From positions 1 to 43,588 of the IMG/VR virus record IMGVR_UViG_3300042807_000312: a DNA stretch of 43,588 bases. The stretch is one strand, 5' to 3'. The notes beneath the pieces were generated by a model. The model was given only the letters and a program-made list of their open reading frames with translations. It did no database searches and had not been told where the DNA came from. Position numbers and translations under genes: made by a program. The stretch comes from a virus. Its lineage: Duplodnaviria; Caudoviricetes. Positions 15,569 through 22,750 of this stretch are shown piece after piece; position 1 is the first letter of the stretch; every line of letters begins with the position of its first letter.

Positions 15569-15717
15569 TGGTTGGCCTCCAGTTCGGCAAGACGGTTGAG
15601 GGCGGCGCGGTCGGCGAGGCTAGTGGTTACCTCGCCAACGGTGATGGGCGTGTTGCAGACCTTGATCAGCCACTCTTTCACCAACTCCGGCGGCACCTTT
15701 ACAGGATGATCAGCCAC
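15565..15717 (-). CDS. small hypothetical protein (..VPPELVKEW..)
   Basis: GTG start after GGAGG at 15717. Confidence 0.55.
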   Translation of the reverse strand: MADHPVKVPPELVKEWLIKVCNTPITVGEVTTSLADRAALNRLAELEANQ

Positions 15718-15903
15718 GGCGCACCTCCTGAGCCTGAATCTCCATCTCTCGCACCAGCGCCACGGCACCGCCCACCATGCCCAACAGGGCGAGGGCTACA
15801 GCGATTACGGCTCGGCGATGGGCAGCGGCCTGGGCAGCAGCCTGAGCTCGGCGGGCTTGATCCTGGCGGAGTTGCGCAGCCAGGCGGTAATTAGAGCAAG
15901 CAT
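15710..15903 (-). CDS. small membrane protein, start uncertain or frameshifted
   Basis: Frame RLAAQLRQDQARRAQ...VIAVALALLGMVGGAVALV looks coding but the GAGGTG-preceded ATG at 15903 is out of frame with it. Confidence 0.4.
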
Positions 15904-16073
15904 GGCACCTCTTCGATGCTGAAGATTTCAGCGCCGGGGAATTGAATCTGGAAGGCTTCTCGAACGGCAGTACGACCCCACCCCTTGGGGCAGGTCCATT
16001 CAAGCTTGTGGATCGTTCCATCAGTCGGTCTCCGGTAGGTGATTCTGTGGGTGATACCAATGAAGGTGGACAT
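15891..16073 (-). CDS. small hypothetical protein
   Basis: ORF fits the minus operon 3 nt after the previous stop. Confidence 0.65.
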   Translation of the reverse strand: MSTFIGITHRITYRRPTDGTIHKLEWTCPKGWGRTAVREAFQIQFPGAEIFSIEEVPCLL

Positions 16074-16076
16074 GGC

Positions 16077-16379
16077 TCAAAAAGCATCTTCAGCAGAGCG
16101 GATGCACTGGCGGATGATCTCCAGATCGGTGAGCAGGGTATCGGCCATTTCCGTGGGCAGCGCTGGGCCAGCGTCCCATGCGTTGTCATTGATCGCGCTG
16201 GCCGTGGCTTTTGCCGCGTCGATCAGCCCCACCAGCAGGGGCATGAGGGGCTGATTGCGTTCGCCGCAGTCGGGGAGACGGATCAGCTGCTGCGGGTTGG
16301 CCGGCAGCGCCTGGCGGGCGGCCTGCAGGATCAGATCCGACAGGGCTCCGGGGCATTCGAGGGGTTGGGCGGCGGTCAT
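16077..16379 (-). CDS. hypothetical phage protein
   Basis: ATGA overlap with Gp157 stop. Confidence 0.7.
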   Translation of the reverse strand: MTAAQPLECPGALSDLILQAARQALPANPQQLIRLPDCGERNQPLMPLLVGLIDAAKATASAINDNAWDAGPALPTEMADTLLTDLEIIRQCIRSAEDAF

Positions 16380-16912
16380 TTGATACTCCAGCTCCGGCGT
16401 TGAATTAGGGTGCAGCCGTCGATCTCGTCGCCACCCTTGAGGGCGTCTTTGATCGCGGTCTTATTGGCCTCGATCTTGACACGCGCAAACTCCATGGGCA
16501 GATCCTCCGGCTCGCAGTCCACCACCACCACCGTGGATTTCCGGCTGCTGATCTTGTGCTCCGGCAGGTCGTACCGGGTCGCATCCGGGTCCACCTTCTG
16601 CAGCGCCGCCACCAGCCGATCCTGCAGCGCATCGGCCTGCTGCTCATCAGCGGCAGCCAGCTCAGCCAGCGCCTGAGCGCGGGCCTTGCGGGCATCACGC
16701 CGGGCGCGGAGCGAGTCGATCACCCAGCACCAGGCGTCGGCCTTCTGCAGGATGGCGGCCTTGGTGTCCGCCTCGGCGGAGATCAGGCCCTCCAGTGTGG
16801 CGGTGGCCTGTGCCACCACAGCGGGATCGTCGCTGAACAGATCCTGAGCGGCCTGGTCGATCTGTTGCTGGAGGCGCAGCGCGTCGCCGGTGAGGTCGTA
16901 GAGGGTGGTCAT
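16376..16912 (-). CDS. siphovirus Gp157 family protein
   Basis: MTTLYDLT..., KADAWCWVI, KISSRKST.V, LP.EF, ANKTAIKDALK.G.EI.G..L. Confidence 0.85.
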   Translation of the reverse strand: MTTLYDLTGDALRLQQQIDQAAQDLFSDDPAVVAQATATLEGLISAEADTKAAILQKADAWCWVIDSLRARRDARKARAQALAELAAADEQQADALQDRLVAALQKVDPDATRYDLPEHKISSRKSTVVVVDCEPEDLPMEFARVKIEANKTAIKDALKGGDEIDGCTLIQRRSWSIK

Positions 16913-16937
16913 GGGCATGGCGTCGAGTGACGGCACC

Positions 16938-16974
16938 ACCCTACCGCATGGGTTCCCGAATCGCACCCTATGAT
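16938..16974. promoter_or_regulatory. divergent promoter region with the conserved element (reverse orientation)
   Basis: Minus strand GGGTGC GATTC GGGAACC CATGCGG TAGGGT toward Gp157; plus strand TATGAT 16969-16974 toward the sigma gene. Confidence 0.7.
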
Positions 16975-17000
16975 GGGGGCAAATCGTCACATTCGCCCCG

Positions 17001-17957
17001 GTGCCCGCCGCCTCCAACGCCTCCTGGTGGCTCGACTCGATCGGGCGGATCCCGATGCTCACGCCAGCTGAGGAGATCGAGCTGGGCACGGCGATCAGGC
17101 GCTGGCAGGAGCATCCCGACCCGTGCCCGCCAGGGATCCGGCGCCGTGGCCAGCGCGCCCGCGATCGGTTCGTGTCGGCGAACCTGCGGCTGGTGGTGGC
17201 GTACGTGAGCCGCAGGTGCCACCGGCTGGCCAAAGCCCACGACCGCGAGGATCTGATTCAGGCCGGGAACTTGGGCCTCATCACGGCGGCCGAGCGGTTT
17301 GACCCGGCGAAGGGATACAGGTTTTCCACCTACGCCTACTGGTGGATCCGCCAGGCGATCAACCGCCACGTGGACGCCTACGGCAGGGCGATCAGCATTC
17401 CCGGCAGCCACTGCCAGCACCTGAGCCGGCTGGAGGGCATCACCCGGCGGCTAGAGCGCGAGCTGGGTCGGCTGCCCACGCATGCGGAGATCGCCGCAGA
17501 GCTGGGCGTCTCGCTCAGGGTGCTGGAGCAGGTGCTTGAGAACGGCAGGGGGATCGCCAGCCTTGACCAGGTGGTTTCGGATGACGGGCTGGAGCTGGGC
17601 TCGCTGGTGAGCACGTTCGACCGCACGCCTGAGGACGAGGAAGAACAGCGCGAGCGGTGGCGGCAGGCGGAGGAACTGCGCGGCCTGATCGCCCGGTTGG
17701 CGCCGCAGGATCGGCGGCTGCTGTCCCTGGCCTGGGGGCTCGACGGTGTGGAGGTGCCGAGGGGCGAGTTGGCCCAGCAGGAGGGGCTCAGCACACGGGC
17801 GCTCGACACACGGCTGAGCAGGCTGGAAGCGGCGCTGGCGTCGCAGTCGGTGCAGCTAGTGTTAGTGGCGGTGGCTCGGGTGCCGGTGAAGCGCCGGAAA
17901 CGCACGCGGCGCACCAGGAAGCGGTTGTGGGTGCAGTTGGTGTTGGAGGTGGCCTGA
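17001..17957 (+). CDS. phage-encoded RNA polymerase sigma factor, RpoD/SigA (sigma-70) family
   Basis: IGRIPMLTPAEEIELG (1.2), ANLRLVV, DLIQAGNLGL, AAERFDP.KGYRFSTYAYWWIRQAI (2), LGRLPT..EIAAELG (3), degenerate region 4. Confidence 0.93.
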   Translation: MPAASNASWWLDSIGRIPMLTPAEEIELGTAIRRWQEHPDPCPPGIRRRGQRARDRFVSANLRLVVAYVSRRCHRLAKAHDREDLIQAGNLGLITAAERFDPAKGYRFSTYAYWWIRQAINRHVDAYGRAISIPGSHCQHLSRLEGITRRLERELGRLPTHAEIAAELGVSLRVLEQVLENGRGIASLDQVVSDDGLELGSLVSTFDRTPEDEEEQRERWRQAEELRGLIARLAPQDRRLLSLAWGLDGVEVPRGELAQQEGLSTRALDTRLSRLEAALASQSVQLVLVAVARVPVKRRKRTRRTRKRLWVQLVLEVA

Positions 17958-17985
17958 AACAGAAAAGCCCGGCGGTGGGCCGGGC
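17957..17985 (-). terminator. intrinsic terminator
   Basis: Minus strand GCCCGGC-ccacc-GCCGGGC then TTTTCTGTTT, at the convergence with the sigma gene. Confidence 0.8.
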
Positions 17986-17995
17986 GGGGTGGCAC

Positions 17996-18334
17996 TCAGA
18001 CCAGCTGCCACCGATCGAACGGTGTCTCGCAGCCATTGCGCGGAACCGTCACCTCCTGCACTTCCTGTGCCTGCGCATCCCACACCTTGAAGGTGGCGCT
18101 GGTGGCGTGATCAGCCCAGAACTCAGGAGTGCGGCTCAGCCAGATCAGCAGCTCAACGCAGCTGGCCCAGGCGGTGGCGCCGATTTCCTGCAGCTGCTCG
18201 ACACTGCTGCAGAGCTCGGCGGTGCCAGCACCGCGAACGGTGAAACCGGCGATCCGGCTACCGACTTCATCAGCGAACACCAGCTTGGTGGTGGCGATGG
18301 CGGCGGATTTTCTCGGCGGGGGACAGAGGGGCAT
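17996..18334 (-). CDS. hypothetical phage protein (MPLCPPPRKS...)
   Basis: ATG at 18334 right after upstream stop; ends before the terminator. Confidence 0.65.
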   Translation of the reverse strand: MPLCPPPRKSAAIATTKLVFADEVGSRIAGFTVRGAGTAELCSSVEQLQEIGATAWASCVELLIWLSRTPEFWADHATSATFKVWDAQAQEVQEVTVPRNGCETPFDRWQLV

Positions 18335-18335
18335 G

Positions 18336-18860
18336 TCAGGGCAGCGTGCCGGTCGTGACCAGCTGGCGGAAGGCAGCGGCTTGCTGTTGGCGCATGGCGT
18401 CCCCTGCGGCGTCCCATGCGGCGGCCCATGCGGCGGCCAGTGCGGCGGCCCTTGCGGCGCCCCCTGCGGCGGCCACTGCGGCGGCCTCTGCGGCCCATGC
18501 GGCGGCCCATGCGGCGGCCTCTGCGGCGTCCCCTGCGGCGCCCAGCTCTTCATCAGTCGCCTGCCCGTTGGCGTGGCGTTCTGTCACGTCCAGCGCATCT
18601 ATTGAGCACTGATCAGTCATCAGGCCCTGCACCTGCCTAGCGCACCAAACCGCGTAGCGGCGCCAGATCGGCGCCAGATCAGGCTCAGCCTGACAGCACC
18701 AGAGGGCATCGTCAAGGCCGAGCGTGTCTAGCAGTTGCTCGTAGCTGATCGGCTCATCGCTGGGTTCGGTGATGCCGAGCAGTTGGGCAGCACGGTCGCG
18801 GCGCCCTTTGCAGGGATTGCACGCATCAATCCGCGCGGTGGTTGTAGTCAGTGGATACAT
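18336..18860 (-). CDS. phage protein with Ala/Trp-rich AAWA/AAGD repeats
   Basis: LTTT..RI.ACNPC..., GLDDALWC, YAVWCARQV, G.AT.EEL.AA followed by tetrapeptide repeats. Confidence 0.75.
   Translation of the reverse strand: MYPLTTTTARIDACNPCKGRRDRAAQLLGITEPSDEPISYEQLLDTLGLDDALWCCQAEPDLAPIWRRYAVWCARQVQGLMTDQCSIDALDVTERHANGQATDEELGAAGDAAEAAAWAAAWAAEAAAVAAAGGAARAAALAAAWAAAWDAAGDAMRQQQAAAFRQLVTTGTLP
18395..18542. repeat. degenerate 12-bp tandem repeat (e.g. GCGGCGGCCCAT) coding AAxA units
   Basis: About 12 units with a constant GCGGC core. Confidence 0.8.
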
Positions 18861-18895
18861 GGCAGATCGTGGCGAGTGAACAGGTTGGCCAGTCA

Positions 18896-19114
18896 TCAAT
18901 CCCCGCCCTCGATCGCATCCGCCAGCGCCAGGAACTGGGCACGGTGGCGGGCTGTGGTGGGGCGGAGCGTGTCGTTAGCCGGATCGCCCAGCACCACCTC
19001 CACGGCGGCGCGGATGGCCCAAGCGTCAGATTCTTCGATGTAGGGGTGGCCGGCGATTCGCTGCTGCGCTTCAGCAAACGCTGCGCGGCGCTCGGCGCGG
19101 GTGGGGATGGGCAT
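18896..19114 (-). CDS. hypothetical phage protein
   Basis: ends FLALADAIEGGD; conserved element at 19135-19152 upstream. Confidence 0.65.
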   Translation of the reverse strand: MPIPTRAERRAAFAEAQQRIAGHPYIEESDAWAIRAAVEVVLGDPANDTLRPTTARHRAQFLALADAIEGGD

Positions 19115-19170
19115 GGTGGTGGGGGCGAGTGGATGGGTGCCGGATGGGCTCCGGCGGGCCGTGGGGTGGG

Positions 19171-19464
19171 TTAGGCGACCATCGGGTGAAGGGCGGCGCC
19201 GCCGGTGTAGTGGATGCGGATACAGCCGCCCATGGTCCAGCCGAACGAGCGGCTGTAGGAAGGGATGCTGTCATCATCAGCGGGCAGTGCGTCGATCATC
19301 CGCTGGCGCAGGGCATCGTTGTCCATCGCGGTGGCCAGCAGTGCAGCTTTGGTCTTGCGGGCGGTGTAGCCGGCCAGCACCAGGGCGCCGTTGATGGTGA
19401 CGGCAACTTCGTAGGCGGTGGGACGGTTGTGGCTGGATCCGTGAGCGAGGGCGGCGGCAGTCAT
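19171..19464 (-). CDS. hypothetical phage protein
   Basis: Plausible ORF with its own upstream intergenic region. Confidence 0.6.
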   Translation of the reverse strand: MTAAALAHGSSHNRPTAYEVAVTINGALVLAGYTARKTKAALLATAMDNDALRQRMIDALPADDDSIPSYSRSFGWTMGGCIRIHYTGGAALHPMVA

Positions 19465-19551
19465 GGCTGGCGGTGGAGTGGTGAACCTTCCGGTTCGGTC
19501 CCCTTACTGCAACCGATGGCGGACACCCTGACCACCCATCAGCGGGCCAGT

Positions 19552-19773
19552 TCACAATCTGTCACGCCTGGCGGCCCTGAGCCCAGCCATCCGCTGGCGG
19601 TTCGCCTCCCGCCCAGCGGGCGACCGTTTCCAGCACCTGCTGCACAGCGGCGCCGTCCTGCGGCTCCGCACCAGCCGGCCGCACTCGGGGCACGGCTGCG
19701 CTGCGTCCGGGTCGGGCAGGCCCCGCAGGCGCCGGCGCCAGCGAGCGGTGCGGGCGGTGCTGGAGTCAACCAC
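19552..19773 (-). CDS. small Arg-rich zinc-finger protein
   Basis: CPECG...LCSRCW; GTG start after GGAGGAG. Confidence 0.65.
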   Translation of the reverse strand: MVDSSTARTARWRRRLRGLPDPDAAQPCPECGRLVRSRRTAPLCSRCWKRSPAGREANRQRMAGLRAARRDRL

Positions 19774-19930
19774 GGCACTCCTCCAGCAGTGCGCGAGCGT
19801 CACGCAGCAGCTGCAGCGCCTGCGTGAGCCTCTGGTCGTACTGCTCGGGCATCAGGCCCAGGGTGGTGAGATTGACGTAGATCCCGGTCAGTTGATCCCG
19901 GATCAGGTCGTGCATGTCGTAATCGGTCAT
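19766..19930 (-). CDS. small hypothetical protein (54 aa)
   Basis: Read manually: MTDYDMHDLIRDQLTGIYVNLTTLGLMPEQYDQRLTQALQLLRDARALLEECRG. Confidence 0.65.
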   Translation of the reverse strand: MTDYDMHDLIRDQLTGIYVNLTTLGLMPEQYDQRLTQALQLLRDARALLEECRG

Positions 19931-19981
19931 CGGTGTTCAGTCAGTGTGACGGGGTGGCGCACAGGAGCGCACAGGGGCCGA

Positions 19982-20224
19982 TCAGGCGTCCCGCTCCATG
20001 GCGTCGAGCTGGGCGGCCAGGGCGGCCTGCTGGCGCTCCACCAGGGCCGACAGCCGGGCGGTGTGCCGAGCGGTGCGCTGGAGCCGGCGCAGGGCCGTGG
20101 CGGGGCGTGGCGTCCACCCGTCGAGCAGGGCGTCCACTCGTGCGTCGGTGGCGGCGGCCTGCTCCAGCAGGGCGTCCACCTCGGCCATCAAGGCGTCGGC
20201 GTCGGCGAGGGTGGCGTGTTCCAT
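19982..20224 (-). CDS. hypothetical helical protein
   Basis: 80-aa ORF in the minus cluster. Confidence 0.6.
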   Translation of the reverse strand: MEHATLADADALMAEVDALLEQAAATDARVDALLDGWTPRPATALRRLQRTARHTARLSALVERQQAALAAQLDAMERDA

Positions 20225-20255
20225 GGCGTGGCGTGTGGCGGGGCGGTGGCGGCGG

Positions 20256-20456
20256 TCAGACCACCTGACTGAGTGTGTCGCTCAGTGCCGCCAGGTGAGC
20301 GTGTGCAGCGCAGAGCGTGCGGCGGGTCTCGATCGGGAGCGAGAACCACAGGTCAGTGACCTGCAGCGCCTCGATCGCGTTGCAGGCGTCGGTGCTGTGG
20401 TCGTGTGCCTCCTCCAGGTCGGCGGTGACGGGAGCGGAGAACGCGAGGTTGTCCAT
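20256..20456 (-). CDS. hypothetical protein (MDNLAFSAPV..., 66 aa)
   Basis: ORF 20256..20633 trimmed to ATG 20456. Confidence 0.6.
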   Translation of the reverse strand: MDNLAFSAPVTADLEEAHDHSTDACNAIEALQVTDLWFSLPIETRRTLCAAHAHLAALSDTLSQVV

Positions 20457-20906
20457 GGCGAGTGGTGCGTGGTGCCCTTCAAGTGTGCGCCATACCGTCA
20501 CGCGGTACCACACCCCGCCAGCTGGTACAGCCGTACCAGATTTGACCAGACCCGTTGCGCTGCAGTCGATCTGGCCAGCGTGTGCCGGTAACGTAGTGGC
20601 ACATATAAGAACGAACTGGCACACACCACGCACACGGTCCCGGCCGCAACTGGCACACGGTCAGCCGTTTTCTGTATCAACCGAGCACAGAACAGGACCG
20701 CAGTGAACAGCCGTACTGCCGCTGAAATACATTGCGGCAACTGGGATTCCAGGGAATGTATCGGCGTGTACCTGTGGATAACTCAGTTTCCACAGGTGGC
20801 ACACTGTCTCCCATTACATCCCGTTACAAGCAAGCGTGAGCGGATGTACTACCAACTGAGACCGGCTGCGCTGCAGTCGATCTCATTGATAAGCAGGCCG
20901 CCTGTA
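20457..20906. other. non-coding repeat-rich interval (att-like / regulatory) with a DnaA-box palindrome
   Basis: AACTGGCACAC x2 (20614, 20648), ACAGCCGTAC x2 (20527, 20707), TGTACTACC x2 (20845, 20903), two 25-bp imperfect palindromes (20548, 20859), ACCTGTGGATAAC-tca-GTTTCCACAGGT at 20770-20797. Confidence 0.6.
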
Positions 20907-21065
20907 CTACCGACACATCCAGATCGCGTGCCACGTGCCGGCCATCAACAACGCGCCCATCAGGCCCGACCACAGCGCCACCCTGAGCTGATGCTCACGG
21001 ATCGCTGCGGCCACCAGCTCCCGCACGTCATCCCGGCTTACCGGCCCAGCACCTGGCGGGCCCAC
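20907..21065 (-). CDS. small membrane protein (..SRDDVRELVAAAIREHQLRVALWSGLMGALLMAGTWHAIWMCR)
   Basis: Read manually; amphipathic helix plus C-terminal TM segment; start codon uncertain. Confidence 0.55.
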   Translation of the reverse strand: MGPPGAGPVSRDDVRELVAAAIREHQLRVALWSGLMGALLMAGTWHAIWMCR

Positions 21066-21373
21066 TGCTGCAGCGGCCCGTCCGGCCGGCCCTCGTTGAT
21101 CTGCAGCGCCTGTTCCGCCATGTCGCGGGCCATGGCGTAGTGATCCGCCTTCGGTTCGCTCAGCGGCAGCGCGCCGTCCAAGGCGTTCTGCACCATCAGG
21201 TTGGCCGCGGCCTTCTGCAGCTCCAAGATCAGGTGCTCCTGTTGGTGGCAGCGCTGGATCAGCTCGTCCGCCAGCTGGTGCAGCTCATCGCGGTTCATCC
21301 GCGCTGCACGCTGCCGGTGGTCGGCCATCATCGCCTGCCTCGACAGGCTGAGGGAGAGATTCAGGCCCAGCAT
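21038..21373 (-). CDS. NblA-like (phycobilisome degradation adaptor-like) protein with C-terminal extension
   Basis: LSLSRQAMMADHRQRAARMNRDELHQLADELIQRCHQQEHLILEL resembles the NblA two-helix pattern; judged by eye only. Confidence 0.45.
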   Translation of the reverse strand: MLGLNLSLSLSRQAMMADHRQRAARMNRDELHQLADELIQRCHQQEHLILELQKAAANLMVQNALDGALPLSEPKADHYAMARDMAEQALQINEGRPDGPLQQWARQVLGR

Positions 21374-21560
21374 GGCAGCCCTCGCAGTGGTCCCCCAGTC
21401 TGACGACGATTTGCCCTATGTCACTGTCACGACAGATGCCAGAGGGTCAACCTGCTGGCTGGTGGTGGGCGGTGGCATGGCTCAAACCTGCTACTGCGGC
21501 CAACGGGCCATTACGATTTTCCGGGCCATGCTGCTCAGCCGGGGCATCACCGCACCCTAG
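21372..21560 (+). CDS. small hypothetical protein (WLVVGGG motif), lone plus-strand gene
   Basis: MAALAVVPQSDDDLPYVTV...; similar to 14174..14383. Confidence 0.55.
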   Translation: MAALAVVPQSDDDLPYVTVTTDARGSTCWLVVGGGMAQTCYCGQRAITIFRAMLLSRGITAP

Positions 21561-22411
21561 ACGGTCGGCGTCATCTGGATCTCAACCCCGCCAGCCCAGC
21601 GGGGATTCAGGGTCAGCCAGATCCCGCCCAGCGACTTCGGCATGACGATCCGCTCCACCGCCCAGCCGCCGGTGCTACCGAACTCGTGCTTGTAAGTGCC
21701 GGTCTGCAGGTGCCAGCGCTGCTCCACCCAGACCTTGCCGTTTTCCGCCACCCGGTAGCACGGATGCGCCACCATCGTGCGCTCGTGGTTGTGGCCGTTT
21801 ACCACCAGGTCGGCATCCGGTGCGATCTGCGAATACCTGCCGCCGCCCATGGTGCCCTTGGTCACGATCCCGCCCCAGGCGCCATGGTGCCAGAACAGCG
21901 TGCAGCGGCGAACCTTGCTGTTGTCCTTCTTGTGGAACACGAACCGCACGAAACCCTGATAGCCCATGTGGTGGGTCGGCGCACCTGCATTGCGCATCAG
22001 GCGTACCACGTTCTCCAGCGGGTCGATCTCCTGATTAGAGATCACGGCGGTTTCATGGTTGCCGTCGCTCATCAGCAGGATGCGCTGCTGCCACGGCTTG
22101 AGCCACTGCGCTGATTCGTCAAATACCAGATCGAAGTAGTTGCCGCCGAGGTGCTCCGGCCTGATGTCGCCCTTGCTGCCGCGCCGGTCTTTCTTGCCCT
22201 GCATCAGGCAGAGCACATCGCCGAAAAACAGCGCGTGACCCTTGCGGGACTGCATCTCATCGAGGTGCTTGGCCAACAGCTTGCGGTCGCACTTCGGGTT
22301 GTCGAGGTGAATGTCAGACGCCAGCAGGAATGTAGCCGCGTCTGTGTCTGACTTGTAGGGGATCCGTATCTCCAGCAGCTGCGGCGAGAGCCTGGTGGCG
22401 GTGATCGTCAC
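21557..22411 (-). CDS. calcineurin-like metallophosphoesterase
   Basis: SDIHLD, FGDV, DGNHE, WHHG, NGHNHE motifs. Confidence 0.85.
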   Translation of the reverse strand: MTITATRLSPQLLEIRIPYKSDTDAATFLLASDIHLDNPKCDRKLLAKHLDEMQSRKGHALFFGDVLCLMQGKKDRRGSKGDIRPEHLGGNYFDLVFDESAQWLKPWQQRILLMSDGNHETAVISNQEIDPLENVVRLMRNAGAPTHHMGYQGFVRFVFHKKDNSKVRRCTLFWHHGAWGGIVTKGTMGGGRYSQIAPDADLVVNGHNHERTMVAHPCYRVAENGKVWVEQRWHLQTGTYKHEFGSTGGWAVERIVMPKSLGGIWLTLNPRWAGGVEIQMTPTV

Positions 22412-22414
22412 GGC

Positions 22415-22750
22415 TCATGGGCTGGGGATACTACCAGTGTGCGGAGTGTTGCCAATCCACCCATCAATCCGCACCTCCCGCTCCGGGCAGTGCCAGTCCT
22501 GGGCCCTGAACCACTCCCGCCAGTCGGTGCTGGACTTCGCCCCATTGCAGCGGCGGCAGGCGGGGATCAGGTTTTCAGCCACCGTCAGCCCGCCCTTGGA
22601 GCGCGGCAGAACGTGGTCAAGCGTATCCGCAGGGTCGGTGCAGTACGCGCATTGGTGGTCCCACTCGGCGAAGATTCGCCGACGGAAGCGGGCCTTGGTG
22701 ATTTTTTTGGGCTGGAGCTCGGTCTGGTCGATCTGGTGATCGAAGGGCAT
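22415..22750 (-). CDS. HNH endonuclease
   Basis: CAYC...TLDHVLPRSKGG...NLIPACRRCNGAK. Confidence 0.9.
   Translation of the reverse strand: MPFDHQIDQTELQPKKITKARFRRRIFAEWDHQCAYCTDPADTLDHVLPRSKGGLTVAENLIPACRRCNGAKSSTDWREWFRAQDWHCPEREVRIDGWIGNTPHTGSIPSP

Noticed and set aside
18129-18640. CGGP-repeat metallothionein-like ORF and Arg-rich ORFs
   Set aside because: Alternative frames of the 12-bp repeat; the minus-strand AAWA frame has a recognisable N-terminal domain
20457-20906. tRNA gene or tRNA 3' fragment as att core
   Set aside because: No GTTCGA-type T-loop or cloverleaf recognised
20703-21140. 145-aa plus-strand ORF
   Set aside because: Spans the repeat interval and lies antisense to two plausible minus-strand genes; no motifs
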